A stretch of 64,000 nucleotides of DNA, from NCBI GenBank assembly GCA_963693365.1, contig CAVNZM010000006.1, positions 10,729,355 to 10,793,354 on the forward strand, written 5' to 3'. The translations under genes and the position numbers were made by a program. This DNA comes from Amoebidium appalachense (Eukaryota; Protista; Ichthyosporea). Under the pieces are notes generated by a model. It worked only from the letters and a program-made list of their open reading frames with translations, made no database searches and was not told the DNA's origin. Every line of letters begins with the position of its first letter. Within the stretch, counting starts at the first letter, position 1. This document shows, in pieces, positions 13,837 to 53,892 of the stretch.

Positions 13837-14887
13837 AGCCCTTGAGACCAGGTACCGTAATATCACGCCAGATGCAAAATACTGCCGGAGCCCTTAGACT
13901 ACGGACACTGAATTTGTTTAAAACGTAACGAATATAATAGATCCTGCAAGGTGTATCTATCCGCTTGCTCTCTAGATCAAGTTTTTGGCCTCTTGTTGGA
14001 ACTGCATAAAAACTTTATCTGTTTATAGCTGTCTTCATCAAGCACAGTTGAATATTGTGCAAATGACTTTAATGTAAATACAGATAGCGGTAACGGTAGC
14101 TTGGGAGGGCCTAATGGTTTTACGGGGTGATGGTTTTACATATCTGTGAAGTCACGCGTATGACAGAATAATGACTGTCCATATGTATCTAGTTATTTTT
14201 ACTGCCCTGCTCTGGCTGATGGTGCCAGCAACATATCCCCCTCTGTGTGGGTGGATCGACGTTCCAACAAAACACGAGGTTATGGGACACTTTAACACAA
14301 TGCCATCGTTATGCCCGATCCCCCCCCCCCCCCCGGAGGGGGACCCACCTGCACACATACATGCGAAACCCCTCCATATGCATACCACCATATGCATACA
14401 TCTACCCACCCGCCTTCGTTATGCCCTACATGTCCCCCTCCCCCCCCCCCCCCCCCCCCCCCCCGCATACACACCAAGGCCTCCTTATCTCCTGGCCTCG
14501 ATACACATCTACCCACCCACCCGTGGATGATCTACTGCTGCCAAGCTATTCGACGGTGTGTAGGTGTGTGTCACTTATTACTGTGTGTAGGTGGGGTTTC
14601 AGGCCCCAGGGGAAGGGAAGGGGGGGGGGGAGAAACAGTGAAAAGCCTTAGGGACGAGTATGCTAATGTGGGGAGGCTTTTCTAACGGTAGTTGTAGCAC
14701 GTTCGTCCCTTTCCAGGGCCTAACTGCCCCCCCCCCCCCCCCCCAAGAAAAAAAAAACACACACACACACACTAACCCCCACAAAACTACCTGATAATAT
14801 TTTCTAACTGAGAAGACGTCTTCTACGTCATTCTCCACATTTTTCTCTTAGAATGCTCCCCATTGCCCCCCCCCCCCCCCCCCCCTC

Positions 14888-14922
14888 CCCCTCTTGTATT
14901 TTTTTAAAAGTGGGTTTTCCTT

Positions 14923-14954
<32 letters not shown>

Positions 14955-15370
14955 CTATAGCTGGTTCCACCTGTTGCCGATGTAAATAATATGTAGGATA
15001 GTTCTATTGGGGCCTTTTTTTGTTACCACCCTGTGTTGGTGTATTCAACCAGCCACCGTTGTTAGCTCAGGCGTACCCGTAAACACTGGCTTGTGCAGTC
15101 ATAATGTAGCCATACATAGGCTTAGACTCCCCCCCCCCCCTCCCCTCTTGTATTTTTTTAAAAGTGGGTTTTCCTTCCGGGGGGGGGGGGGGGCTATAGC
15201 TGGTTCCACCTGTTGCCGATGTAAATAATATGTACGATAGTTCTATTGGGGCCTTTTTTTGTTACCGCCCTGTGTTGGTGTATTCAACCAGCCACCGTTG
15301 TTAGCTCAGGCGTACCCGTAAACACTGGCTTGTGCAGTCATAATGTAGCCATACATAGGCTTAGACTCCC
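14888..15370. repeat. Tandem duplication of about 240-255 bp bounded by poly-C tracts
   Basis: CTCTTGTATTTTTTTAAAAGTGGG...GGCTTAGACTCC occurs twice, nearly identical. The internal G-run is 31 nt in one copy and 15 nt in the other. Confidence 0.93.
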
Positions 15371-15380
15371 TCCCCCCCCC

Positions 15381-15429
<49 letters not shown>

Positions 15430-16716
15430 ACACCGCCACACACACGCGTGCGCGCACATCATAATTAGACTCGTGCACACACAGACACACACACACACAC
15501 CGTGCCATCACAGATACATAAACACCCGCTCTTATTGCCCCACCTAACATTAGAGGGATCCCAGCTTTCAGGGGATTTTCAGTTTTCCGTTTTGTTCCAT
15601 TTACTCTCACCCTTCATGGTGAGCCCAAGCAGGGTTTCTAATAATAGGACACCAAGACACCCCCTTTGAGCACTGCATGCGTGAAGAACCCCCCCCCCCC
15701 CCCCCCCCCCCCCCCCAACCCCACCCCACCCCTCTCCAGGAAATAACTGCACGTGCATATTTATGGTGTTGGACCGATTGACATGCTGAGCCTCTAGTTC
15801 GCTCGGTAAATCCCCCCCCCTCCCCCTCCATATCATGATCACCGCCGTGGCCCACCCTGCCTCATTTCGCCTGGCACTTGGCCGGGAACTAAATTGTTAC
15901 CACTTCCGTTAGGCTTTGCTGATAGATTCTTGCTGGTCTGCGTACGTTTCATCCTTTTCAAGGCTTTTCTCATCATGTTGTAAATTGTCGTGTGTTTTTT
16001 CTGGCCTTTTGTTTTCCTATAATGCATAACCTCGATGGTTTCACACTTTTATATTGTCTGTTCTTTCCTATTGCTTTCTGATATGTTGCCTAGCCTCTGT
16101 GTTTTCATCCATCTGGTTTTCTGTGCCCAACATCGGTAGGCCTCACAATGTATTATTTAATAGGTGCCGAATCCCCCCCCCCCCTCCCCCCAAAACACAC
16201 ACACACACACCTCCCCCTTTCCCCCCCCCCCCCCCCCCAAAAAAAAAAAAAAAAAAAAAAAAAAACTTGCTTTTGGTCGAAAGAAATACTTACTATGTAG
16301 TTAAATGCATGCAGGCCACGGTCTTAGTGGAGAGGGGCCCGGGTTGGTTGATATGATTACATGTGTGCTTGTGTTTGTGCTTCGAATGTGTGTCTCACTG
16401 TCTGTGTGTGTGTGTGCGTGTTTTTGTGCATGTGCGCGTGCACGTACGCGTGTAACTGTCAGTGCTTGTGTGCATGTGTGACAGGATGTGTGAGTGATTT
16501 TAGGTCGAATTCGAAGGGTGGGTGGGTTCAGAGTGTCGACTATTAATTAGTGTCAAGAAAAGTTTTAGAGACAAGTTTAACACACGTGGACAAGCACAGC
16601 TCGTCCGTGCCTCCTCCGTTGGCTATTCCACACAGCCGCTTGCAGACACATTTTTGCTGGCTGTTATGATACCCGAAGTCGCAATCGGAAGACCTCGAAG
16701 CCCAAACACCCTTTGA

Positions 16717-16755
<39 letters not shown>

Positions 16756-17270
16756 ACCCACCCTGTGGAGATTAAATATAGCTAAACTATGCTTATTGTG
16801 GTGCACATAGTTAAGATTTGATCACCAAGTTTTTGTTCTCATTACCATCATTACCTCTCGGGGGGGTTGGGACGGGAGGTGATGGTAGTGATGGCGATAT
16901 GGGCAAGAGGGTTGGTGGGTGGGTGGGTGGGTGGGTGGGTGGGTGGTGGGTGGGGAGGGGAGGGGGGATGGAATAAGTTAACCTGGAGAGTTCATGCGCG
17001 ATTCAAGTGAGTAAGTCCAGGTTGTAATGGTGGTTTCTAAGGGGGGGGAGGGGTACTGTAAAGGGCTGTAAGTGCCCCCCCCCCCCTCTCCCCCCCCCCC
17101 CCCCCCCCCCATCCCCTCTGAACACACACACACATACACACACAAAACTACTGCAATCTTTCCCCCCTTTAATGTAGACACACCATGACTAGTCCAACTG
17201 ATCCTCTCCGTTCCTCCGTTTGAAACAATGACCCTCCGGCCTCCGTCTCTCTTACAGTCTGAGACTTATA

Positions 17271-17666
17271 TAAACTCTCAAATGAATGACCCGGCAAGCA
17301 TGCACATATTGCGCCGTGTGGTGTTTTGGTGACCATGCACTGCCTACCACTTGTTGAGTCACAAGCCGCGGCCATTACTTCGTAACGGACATTTATAAGA
17401 AAGACCTTTCTCTCGTTATAGGTGTCATGTCCTTCGCCTCCATCTTCAGGCGGGTACCGGCATCATTTAAACTCTCAAATGAATGACCCGGCAAGCATGC
17501 ACATATTGCGCCGTGTGGTGTTTTGGTGGCCATGCACTGCTATCACTTGTTGAGTCACAAGCCGCGGCCATTACTTCGTAACGGACATTTATAAGAAAAA
17601 CCTTTCTCTCGTTATAGGTGTCATGTCCTTCGCCTCCATCTTCAGGCGGGTACCGGCACCATTTAA
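17271..17666. repeat. 197-bp tandem duplication
   Basis: TAAACTCTCAAATGAATGACCCGG... starts at 17271 and 17468, with a few substitutions between copies. Confidence 0.93.
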
Positions 17667-18110
17667 TGGCTACAGTGCAGCCTTAACACCACTAAAAACA
17701 GCTCACAGTGAATCTTATTTTTACCGAAGTCTAGCTAAAGGAGTCGAGCTCTCTGAGGCCAACAGGTGCGTTAGGCATTATGAAATGCAAGACATCCGGA
17801 TATAAAGCGGGGGCAATAAAGCTGGTGATAATTAGAAATCCACTGGGACAAAAAGCGAACACCCTGTTTTAAATAGATCTCAGAGGAAAAACGAACACCT
17901 GCCAGATGCCTTTCCCCATTATAATCGTTCCCATGCTCATCCGTGACCGATTACAACATTACAAACTAGGTGTGCGTGCAGCCCATCTGAAGCCATGTTT
18001 AAAACTTCAACTTCGCAGCATCACATATAAATACGTGCACCCCACTGCATAGCAGCGGGATTAAAAGGAAAAGTTCAAGTTAGAGTACATTCGTCTACGA
18101 CTTGGTAAAC

Positions 18111-19573
18111 CTACAAAATGGTGCAGGCAGACTTCTTTTTGGGCTTCTTTTCCACGTTAGCCTTTCCTGGCGTGGCGTTCTTCTTCCCTGCATTTTCCTC
18201 GGCTTTACGTACGAGCCTGACACATTCAAAGAACACTTCATCAATATTAAGGCGCGTCTTGGCACTGGTTTCCAAGTACGGCACCTTCCATCGTTCCGCT
18301 ACCGCCTGTGCATCCCTCGTGCTAACCTCCCGATCGTGCTCCAAATCTGCCTTGTTGCCGATCAGCACACACGGAAACCACGATTTGTCCTTCACCCGCA
18401 GGATCTGGTTGTGAATGGTCTCGATTGATTGGAGCGATTCTGCATCGGTGATGCTGAAGATGCACAAGAAGCCGTTGCCAGTACGCATAAACTGCTCGCG
18501 CAGAAGGGAGTATTCTTCTTGCCCTGCTGTGTCCAAGATGTTGATTGCAACGGGCTTTTCGTCCACCGTCACCTGTTCAGAAAAAAGAGAGCACATCAGC
18601 GGCGGTAGTTAGGTCAACCTCCCCCCCCCCCCCCCCCTTTCCCCCCTCCCCTTCCTCCCCCCTGCTTCCAAAGGCAACAGTCTTACCTTCTTCCCCCTCT
18701 ATAGTATAGCACTTCGCTTAATTTAGTCAGCCTCATCCCCTCTCCCTGCCACCCCCTCCCCCCCCCCCCCCCCCCCCCCCCTCCCCCCCTCCTGCCCGCC
18801 TTTCCGCCCCCCTTCCCCTATGCACACTTTCTATTTCCGGCCCTCACTTTCGGTTTTCTACAGTTGAGCCACCTTGAGCTCGTTCACTACTAGTAACCAA
18901 GTTGGTTGTTGTAGTTACTGTCGACACTAAGAACACCCGGAATCAGGTGATAGGCCAACGGTTCTCCAATACCGAAATGCGAAAGTTGCCAGGCCCCATG
19001 TTTTGGTTACATGCAAACCGTACACGTGAGAGGTGTAATGCTTACAAAATTGCCTTTTTCGTTTCAATTGAATTTCTTCCCTGGAATCAAGCATTTTCAC
19101 TCAGCATCCAAGCTCCTATTAAGCGAAATAAGAAAGGCCCAACTCCAAGGCGGTAACATCATCTAAATAACTGTAAAAAACCGCAAGAAGAGTTGTGGGA
19201 AGTTCGAAAACAGCCACAATTAGTTTGTATACAGCTAACTTGGGGTGAGAGGAGATGAGGTAGAGAGGGGTGGGAACGCCAGAAACGTGGGAGGGGGGGG
19301 GAAGAGGGGGAGGAGAGTGGGGGGGGGGGGGGGGGGGGGGGGAAGGGGGGCGCTTGAGTTTACTTGGCCCAATTACAGTGCAGTGAAATTTAACAAATCA
19401 AGATAACCCACCTGCTTACGGTATGAATCTTCAATGGTAGGGTCGTATTCTTCGATGAATTTGGATTGGATAAACTGAACAGTAATGGCTGACTTTCCTA
19501 CACCACCAGGCCCCACAATGAGCAGCTTCATTTCGGGCAGGGCCCCATCTTCGCCTGCTGCTGGTGCTGCCAT
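18111..19573 (-). CDS. ras: Ras-family small GTPase (207 aa), 2 exons
   Basis: Exons 19573-19412 and 18572-18111, joined by a GT-AG phase-0 intron. Motifs are G1 GPGGVGKS, effector [10 protein letters not shown]3 DTAGQEE, G4 NKAD and G5 ETSAK, ending in polybasic KKPKKK plus CAAX CTIL. Confidence 0.97.
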
Positions 19574-20079
19574 TCTCCTTCTATAGAGTGAGACAGTTTC
19601 TTGTTAATGCTTTTGGCAGGAGATTCAAATCTAAAATGGTGGAAAATATGGCGGATTGACATCGATGGGAAACGAACTTGAGGCCGAGAAACGTTCCGTG
19701 GAGGCTCCGAAGTCAACACGCAATCAACTGAATTCGGCATAGTAAAATGCATGATAATATGTGTTGAAGAATTTTTATGAATTTATAAAATTATACCATA
19801 AATTTAAAGAAGTTTAAAGTACAGGGTGTAAAATTATTAAGATCTTTTGCTTGGTGAGATTTTCGCCAATCGTGTTAATACTGCAAAGATAGACCAATCA
19901 AGCACACAAGTTAAATATTTGCAACAGATTGCTTGAGTTAGTAGCCAATCATAGTGGAGTTGATAATGGTGCTTCAAAATATTGATGGAACCACGCTGAT
20001 TGGTTGAAGGCGCACCGCATAGACTTTTGTTGCCGCCGACGCCAGCAACCGCAGAAGTCACAACCCCGGGAAGAAAGGC

Positions 20080-20688
<609 letters not shown>

Positions 20689-22038
20689 AGATTGGCGGTT
20701 TGAAAAAAGAAGAAATAAAGGGGATTATAGTACAGCTATTAGGGTTACCTGCCCGCCGCGGCTACACCAGTGGACTATAGAGATAACTGCCACCATCCCC
20801 ACTCACATGATTAAAACCACCACCAACAAGTTGCATGTGGCAGTTACAGTGACAAGGTGATTCTTAGCAAATATATATGGTTTTCGACCTGATATAATGG
20901 CTAAGAAATAATTATGGCAATCAGCCACAGCACCCATATGTTTTAAAGTACGTTGGGTTTCCCTTGTATTGTTCCGTGGCTGCATTCCAACGGAGCCAAC
21001 CAGCCGTACTACCTCAACTGCCGGTGTCCTGAACAAGCTTAAGTTTTGGAACTGTCTGCAAGCCAGTGACTATCTTCTTCTTCATGAGCTGTACACAGAA
21101 CTACAAATTTGCTTGGCCAGAAGAGCTTGCGCATGCATGCACCTAGATTTTCGGGCAAGTAAACGTTCGTGGTTTAGATCTCGAGTTCACGAGGGACCAC
21201 GTGTTCTTACGCTATAGTGCATGTTCTATTTGCATGCCGAGAAGTTTTTCGTCTTTGGTTGGCAATTTTTCAGCCACATGAGAGTTGTAGCAATTTAATG
21301 ATGTCGTTGAACCGAAACTTTGATATGATGTCGATGCTGGGGACTGGGGCTCTAGGTCTGGATCTGGACACTGGGATTCCACTGGGATACATATATGTAC
21401 TTGGACTATCACACGGCAGCATCCAGGCTTACCGCACACATCTGGCAGTGTGCCTGCACACTACATCATGGTATTATTCACGTAAACATGGTTTGAACGG
21501 CATCGAGCACCGAACTTAATTGATACGTCATTCTGAAGTCTTGACATACAAACACACACCATTTGAACTTCGAGAAGCTGTCATGCTTTGGAAATCCCCC
21601 TCCGCCTACACTCCCACCCCCACCCACCTCTCCCCACTTCTCAGCACATACAGGCCAAATAACGCATGAAGTTTGTGTCGAGCTGTGTGCAAGCCATGGA
21701 CTATTAAATAGAATCCTTCGAAAAGCGCCACACCATACTAACGGAAACACGTTCCAACATTTCATACCATTCATTCGGCCAGGACCCCACCTTTCCCCAG
21801 GATATTGGACACAAGTAAAGACCCCACTCTCAACCCCCCCCCCCCCGCTTTCTCCCTATAACGACCCAGACACACAGCCTCTGTGAATAATTCACAATCC
21901 GTATCATACACCGTGCTCTGGGTCGTATATGTTTGCCCTATCTTAGCCAACACCTAATTAGACCCCAGTCCCTTCTCCCTCACCTCCCCCTTGCCACCTT
22001 GTTCTTGCAGCTAGGACTCCTCACCAACATCGTGAGGG

Positions 22039-38795
<16,757 letters not shown>

Positions 38796-39868
38796 GGCCA
38801 CAGTCCCACACTGGGCTGGCAACCTGTGTGCTAGCCCCCTGCCGTTCCCCGCACCATCATACGTATATCACCACACACTTTCTGGGTGCCAAGGAGTGAT
38901 AAATGGGGCTGAAACCTGTGTTACCCTGGTGGAAGCAGGAGAGAAAATAGCGTGCCTACCGAACCATGTATAGCTATCAAGCTGCCTGTGCTTGGCTTTG
39001 AAGAAAGGAGCGTCTGATTCAACCGGGCTGGGTGTGAACGGAACCACTGTGCTAGAGACTTTACCAATCTAACTAAATCGATTATGCACAAATTCGAGTC
39101 ATCGAGTTTGAACTTTTGTTGTCTAACACTAAGAAGGGGACAAACCAAGAGCAGGTGTATATGCAAGTACACAATCTCTAAGTTGCTGTCATGGACTTTT
39201 CGTGGGTGACTTTGTTCTCTTGCTGTCCAAACCTGAGCTCGCTTCAGCTGAGTGTCCTTTTTTCTCAGGAGGCTTCGGCTCAGTTTCTGGTTAGCTGGAA
39301 AGTGTTACGCAAAATAAAGATCTGAGTAGCCATTTTTGGTAGTCATGTAGCTTTATTTGGCTTTTTTGCAAGAGCCATTTCCCACAGTGCTGCGTAAACC
39401 AATGAAATGCTGGGTGCTTGTTCCCAGTTCGGTTTGTCGCATGTCGCAAACATCAACAACTTTCAGGCTCTTGCATGCTGTATGTTGTATGCATATGCAC
39501 AGAACCCCACATTCTCTTCACTGCGTTGATTTATGTGTTATAAAAGTCTGTTAAAAGGCAGCCTCTTTAGCTGCAGCCTGCATACTCTGAATCTAGCACA
39601 GTGAAGGCGAAGCCATGGCGGCCGATATCCGATGTGTGTGTCACGGTTGGCATTCATCACATTCCACAGCAGTCTAGGTCTACCAATAAAAACAAAAGAG
39701 AAAAAAGCGGTGATATGAATTATTTTTGTTACAAGATTATACTTTTTAAATTTCATGTTTAAAAAGTTTTAAGGTTTATTTTGTTTTTATTATGCAATCT
39801 TGAAATATAAATCATACAAGCAGGTGTCCTTAGCTTCAACTTCAAAATATTCACGATCAGCCTGACTG

Positions 39869-40056
39869 CAAGGTTGTGCCTGACCGTGACGACTACGACT
39901 TGACTTGACTAGTCAGGTTTTGGGATTTTGTTGACTACGACTGCGACTAAAGTCAGGGGCCTCCCAACGACTCCGACTACGACTAAAATGACGACTTTCA
40001 TGTCATGTTGGGGGGGAAGGGGAGAGGGGGGGATCCGGAGGAGGAGGGGGACAGGT

Positions 40057-40149
<93 letters not shown>

Positions 40150-41353
40150 GGTAAACTGCCATTGTATGACTTGAAGAGAAGTTGTCCTGTACTCACATTT
40201 AATACAAAACTTTCCACGCGTGTATCCCTGGTTGCTGCCACAGCGAAAAATAGTATACAATTGATCAGTGCACGTACCCTTGCAAGGTCACCTTAACTGA
40301 TAAATTCAGCATGGCCGCGTAGTGTCACTACTTTTTCTATAATAATTATTAGGTCGTTGCCAAAAAAAACTACAACTTCGAATGCCACTGGCATCGATGC
40401 CACCCCCCTCCTCCCCCCCCCCCCCTCCCCCCCCTCCCCCCCCCCCCCATCCCCCTCCTTATCCATCATCACCACCCCCTCCTCCTTGCCCAGAGCTAGT
40501 TTTTCGGAACCCGCCTCCTTTGAATATTCGGGCGTTAATTCCGGAATGTAGCAAGTTGTTTAGAGTGGTTTCAGACTGCTTCTTGCATGCAAGCTGCATG
40601 CTACCGGTGAGTGTGCATGTTGGGTTGAGTTCTGCACACATGAATTCCATGACTGTAACGCCCAAACGTGTGCTGTTGAAGACCTGCCAGACATGTAAAT
40701 ACATGTTCGGTGATATATATTAGTATGGTTATTGATGCATGTGTGGCCGTGCTATATCGATATGGATATCGCTCACCTCCGCTATAGGGGCCGACCACAA
40801 GGCATACATAACACTGCGCACAATCAGGATTTCATTGCCCACATGTGCCACATGAGCATCCCCCCCCCCCCCCCCCCCCCCCAACCACCAGTGTCCACCA
40901 CCCACCCACCTGCATGCTACCGGTGAGTGTGCATGTTGGGTTGAGTTCTGCACACATGAATTCCATGACTGTAACGCCCAAACGTGTGCTGTTGAAGACC
41001 TGCCAGACATGTAAATACATGTTCGGTGATATATATTAGTATGGTTATTGATGCATGTGTGGCCGTGCTATATCGATATGGATATCGCTCACCTCCGCTA
41101 TAGGGGCCGACCACAAGGCATACATAACACTGCGCACAATCAGGATTTCATTGCCCACATGTGCCACATGAGCATCCCCCCCCCCCCCCCCCCCCCCCAA
41201 CCACCAGTGTCCACCACCCACCCACCCAAAGTCGTGGGGCCTAAAGTCGAAAGTGGCACCCTCGGTGACTCGACTACGACTGCACGACTTTACATATTCA
41301 GTGACTACGACTGGCGACTGGCAGTCAAGTCGAGTCAAGTCGGTACATCCCTG
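39869..41353. mobile_element. Non-autonomous hAT-type DNA transposon (1485 bp) with 8-bp TSD
   Basis: TSD CCTGACTG lies at 39861-39868 and 41354-41361. Termini are CAAGGTTGTGCC and, reverse-complemented, CAGGGATGTACC. Both ends carry subterminal GACTAC/GACTT arrays. No transposase ORF is present. Confidence 0.85.
40595..41227. repeat. 316-bp tandem duplication inside the hAT element
   Basis: TGCATGCTACCGGTGAGTGTG...CCACCACCCACCCACC occurs twice and appears identical, including the poly-C tract. Confidence 0.93.
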
Positions 41354-41417
41354 CCTGACTGTTTCCAAGCCTCAAGGCTTCCTATCGGATGTTCTGTTGC
41401 CAAGCGAGACACAACTA

Positions 41418-50305
<8,888 letters not shown>

Positions 50306-51106
50306 GCATTCATATGCTTGAAAGAAAACAGCGACCCTGATCAAGAGTTGGCTTTTTCTTCTTCTTCTTCTTTTTTTTTTTTTGGCTCTTTTACGACTCT
50401 CTGGACGTATTTTGCCATACCCTATACTTTTTGCCACACTCTGCATGCTCTCCCCCTCAAAGAAATGGGCACGAGCGGCTCCGTCTGTCCGTCCCGAAAT
50501 ACTTCAAAAATCTCTCGTTATTACTTGCCTAGGTGACCATGATTTTGGGACGTATGACCTGCAATGTGATATGTGACCAAAATGGAAATAATGGTGCCAA
50601 AAGCCATATAGTAGGCCTTGCATGTACATATACGGTGCACGGTTGATGATTGGATGTGAATGCATGCCATAGATGGCAAAATGGCGTAATGACATGTTAA
50701 CTGCCTGTAGAATGGCAGGTGCAACTAATGACTTAAGCATCATAACACCTCACGGTTCACACAAGACATAAACATTCGGGCCAAGGTGCAAGCCCACACC
50801 ACAAAACACGTGCATGTCTCGCACACAACATGAAAAAACAACACAACCCACACACACAGACCCATATTCACAGTGTCACTTTTGAGGCATGACCAAGATA
50901 GCACAATGTGTTTTATTCATGTATACTTGTGCTAAGTAAACATTGTCGGGGGCCGGATAGGCCCAGTACTCTCTAGGCCGTTCCGACCCCGATGCATGAT
51001 ATATCACACACTTCATAATGGGGCATGGCTGTCAGACCCTCAGGGTGAAGCAGAATGCTGCCTGGCCTTCCATGACTACTCGGCTAGGCGTACATGTGTG
51101 TGTTTT

Positions 51107-51137
<31 letters not shown>

Positions 51138-51357
51138 TGCGCGCGCACGGACGTGTGTATGTGTGCAAGTGTGTGTGGGTATGTGCATGCAGGTACGTGC
51201 GTGTAAATGCACATGTTCTTGCACAAGTGCTGCTATATACAATCCCAACACATCAAACCGCCCACGCACCCCTGCCGTATCTGTGCGTGCCACCAACCAC
51301 CTTATCTACCGGCTTAGTGCACACATATCAGCTTCCTCTCTCGTGTGTACACGTGCC

Positions 51358-51740
51358 CTATCGCCTGCGGAAACCAGGTGAGCGTGACCGTCCCCTGCGA
51401 AATCCCCGGTCATCCCTTCGGTCCCTCTCAAATCTGCAACACACAAGAGTTAGTCGGTGTGTGTCATGTGTGTGCACGTGCGTGCCTGCTGATGTGTGTG
51501 TGTGCAAAATTATTGTGCAAAAGTGCCATTGCCCAAACAGGGTGTGGTATGATGATATATTTACATTTAGGTCTCCTTCTACTTTCCTGGTGCCTTTTCC
51601 TCTTGCACGGCCACTAGAAGATGGCCGGGTGGACGCTGGCATTGCTACACATAATACACCGACAAACAACCTCACACATACAAAGAAATGCAACGTAAAA
51701 AAATCCCGTTTTTATGGAGACCTATGCCGTCCACATGGAC

Positions 51741-51773
<33 letters not shown>

Positions 51774-51826
51774 TCTGGTGCATGACACGAAACTCGATGG
51801 CAAACGGTGGGCGTGTGAGCATGTGA

Positions 51827-51918
<92 letters not shown>

Positions 51919-52282
51919 GGTGTGTGTGTTGGTGTTGGTTGTGGTGGTGGTGGTGGTGGTGGGGGGGGGGGGGGGGGGGGGGGGAGGGGGGGGGGGGGGG
52001 GGAGGGGGGACAACATACCCTCGAGAGCGTGAGCCAAACAGCTGCCTGCGCAGGTCCTTGCTGATGGGCTTGACGTGCATGAAATTGCAAAAGCCCCCCC
52101 GGTTGCACTCATTCATCTCGTACTGCCGGCAGCACGCCTCCCGGAAGTCCGTCACTGGAGACAGCTCGGCATGGATGGGTCGCCCTGCACCCGGGGGGGG
52201 GGTGAGAAATGTTGTGGAACAGAAAAGGGGTGAATGGCACGCAACTTTATAACAAGAAGAATATTGGGGAGGGGCGGAGGGG

Positions 52283-52314
<32 letters not shown>

Positions 52315-52319
52315 AAGGA

Positions 52320-52394
<75 letters not shown>

Positions 52395-53229
52395 TGTGCG
52401 TACTTCGTGTGCTGCGCGAGCGCCCATGTGTGTGTGGTGGACGTGTTGTGTGTGCATGTCTTCTTGCGTGTGCCTGAAAGTGGGATTGTGTGTGGTGAGG
52501 GCATGCCTGCACTGGATGGTGCATGTTTGGAACTATGTTAAGACTATGACGAACAGAACACTTGAATCTCGGTAACTCCCACACGTCAAACCTTCCGGTG
52601 CCTTTCACAATCTCACTTGCCTCCCCCCCCCCCCCCCCCCCCCCCCCCCCAACACACTTCCCCACCACCCCCCACCCCCCACCATTCACGGCCACCACCA
52701 CACCACCACCACATTAAGGTACAGGTATCCCCTCAGACATGGACTGTTGCTAGGAGGTAGATATGATTACCCCTAGCCCGCCCCCCCCCCCCCCCCCCCC
52801 CCCCTCCCCTCCCCCCAAACACACACGCACATTAATACACAGACACGCACACACCAAAGACATTGTGATGCGAGTCAAGCCGTGGGCACAACAGGCAGTA
52901 TCGTGGCTGCAAACAACCAGAAACCATAAAATGCCGGTCACCTTAGCGTGAACTCAGACTGCACATGCGGATTTGGCAACATGCAAAAGCGAGAGGGTGT
53001 GAATGCAAGCCACATGAACGAGCATGAGGGTAAGCATAAGTATGAGCACTGGTGAGTGAGAGAGGATGTTTGTGTGTAGTTCAGTGTTCATTGTTTTTTT
53101 ATGGGGGGGTTTGTGTGTGTGTTTGTGTGTGTGCATGTGTGTTTGTGTGCATGTGAGAGTGTACATGCATGCATGTGTACACCCGCAGGCCAGTGCAAGA
53201 AGGCAAAGGCGGGATGCATAAAATATCCA

Positions 53230-53264
<35 letters not shown>

Positions 53265-53861
53265 ATGTGCCTGTGCATTGCATGTGCATGTGCCTGTGCA
53301 TATGTGTGTGCCTGCACACACCCGCAAACCATCTGTTGTTGAGGTCGTTGACCGCCTTCTCTGCATCCTCCTCACTAGCAAACTTGACGTAGACATTGCC
53401 GATCAGGTGGTCCCCAAGGTTGTCGCAGAAGTTCATCTCCTCAACCTCCCCGTACTTGGAGGTCAGCTCCACAAACACATCCTCGTACACCTGTGCAAAC
53501 AGTGAGAAACTCCCCTTATATGCCTTAGCACGAACCCTTGCCCTCACCCCTGCTCCTCCCTCCCCCTTCCCCCCCCCCCCCCCTCTCCCCCCCCCCCACA
53601 CACACACAAGCACACACGTACACACTCAAGCACGGACACACGCGCGCGCGCGCGCGCGCGCACGCACACACACACACCCACAAACACACAACAGACACAA
53701 ACACCGCCACTCATCCACGCACACCCCAACACACTATCCCTCCCCACTACACGTGCAGACACACACCATCCCCTCAATGCACACGTGCACACACAAGTAA
53801 CACGTGCTTGAGACTGCTAATCACAACAGCTATAATAATCGCCTCATCACACGCACACGCA

Positions 53862-53892
<31 letters not shown>

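Noticed and set aside
15055-15110. TAGCTCAG A-box-like motif suggesting a tRNA or SINE
   Set aside because: No B-box or cloverleaf can be formed.
15520-16150. Possible decayed LINE 3' end on the minus strand (basic peptide YRCWAQKTRWMK...)
   Set aside because: It is interrupted by stops and has no catalytic motif, tail or TSD.
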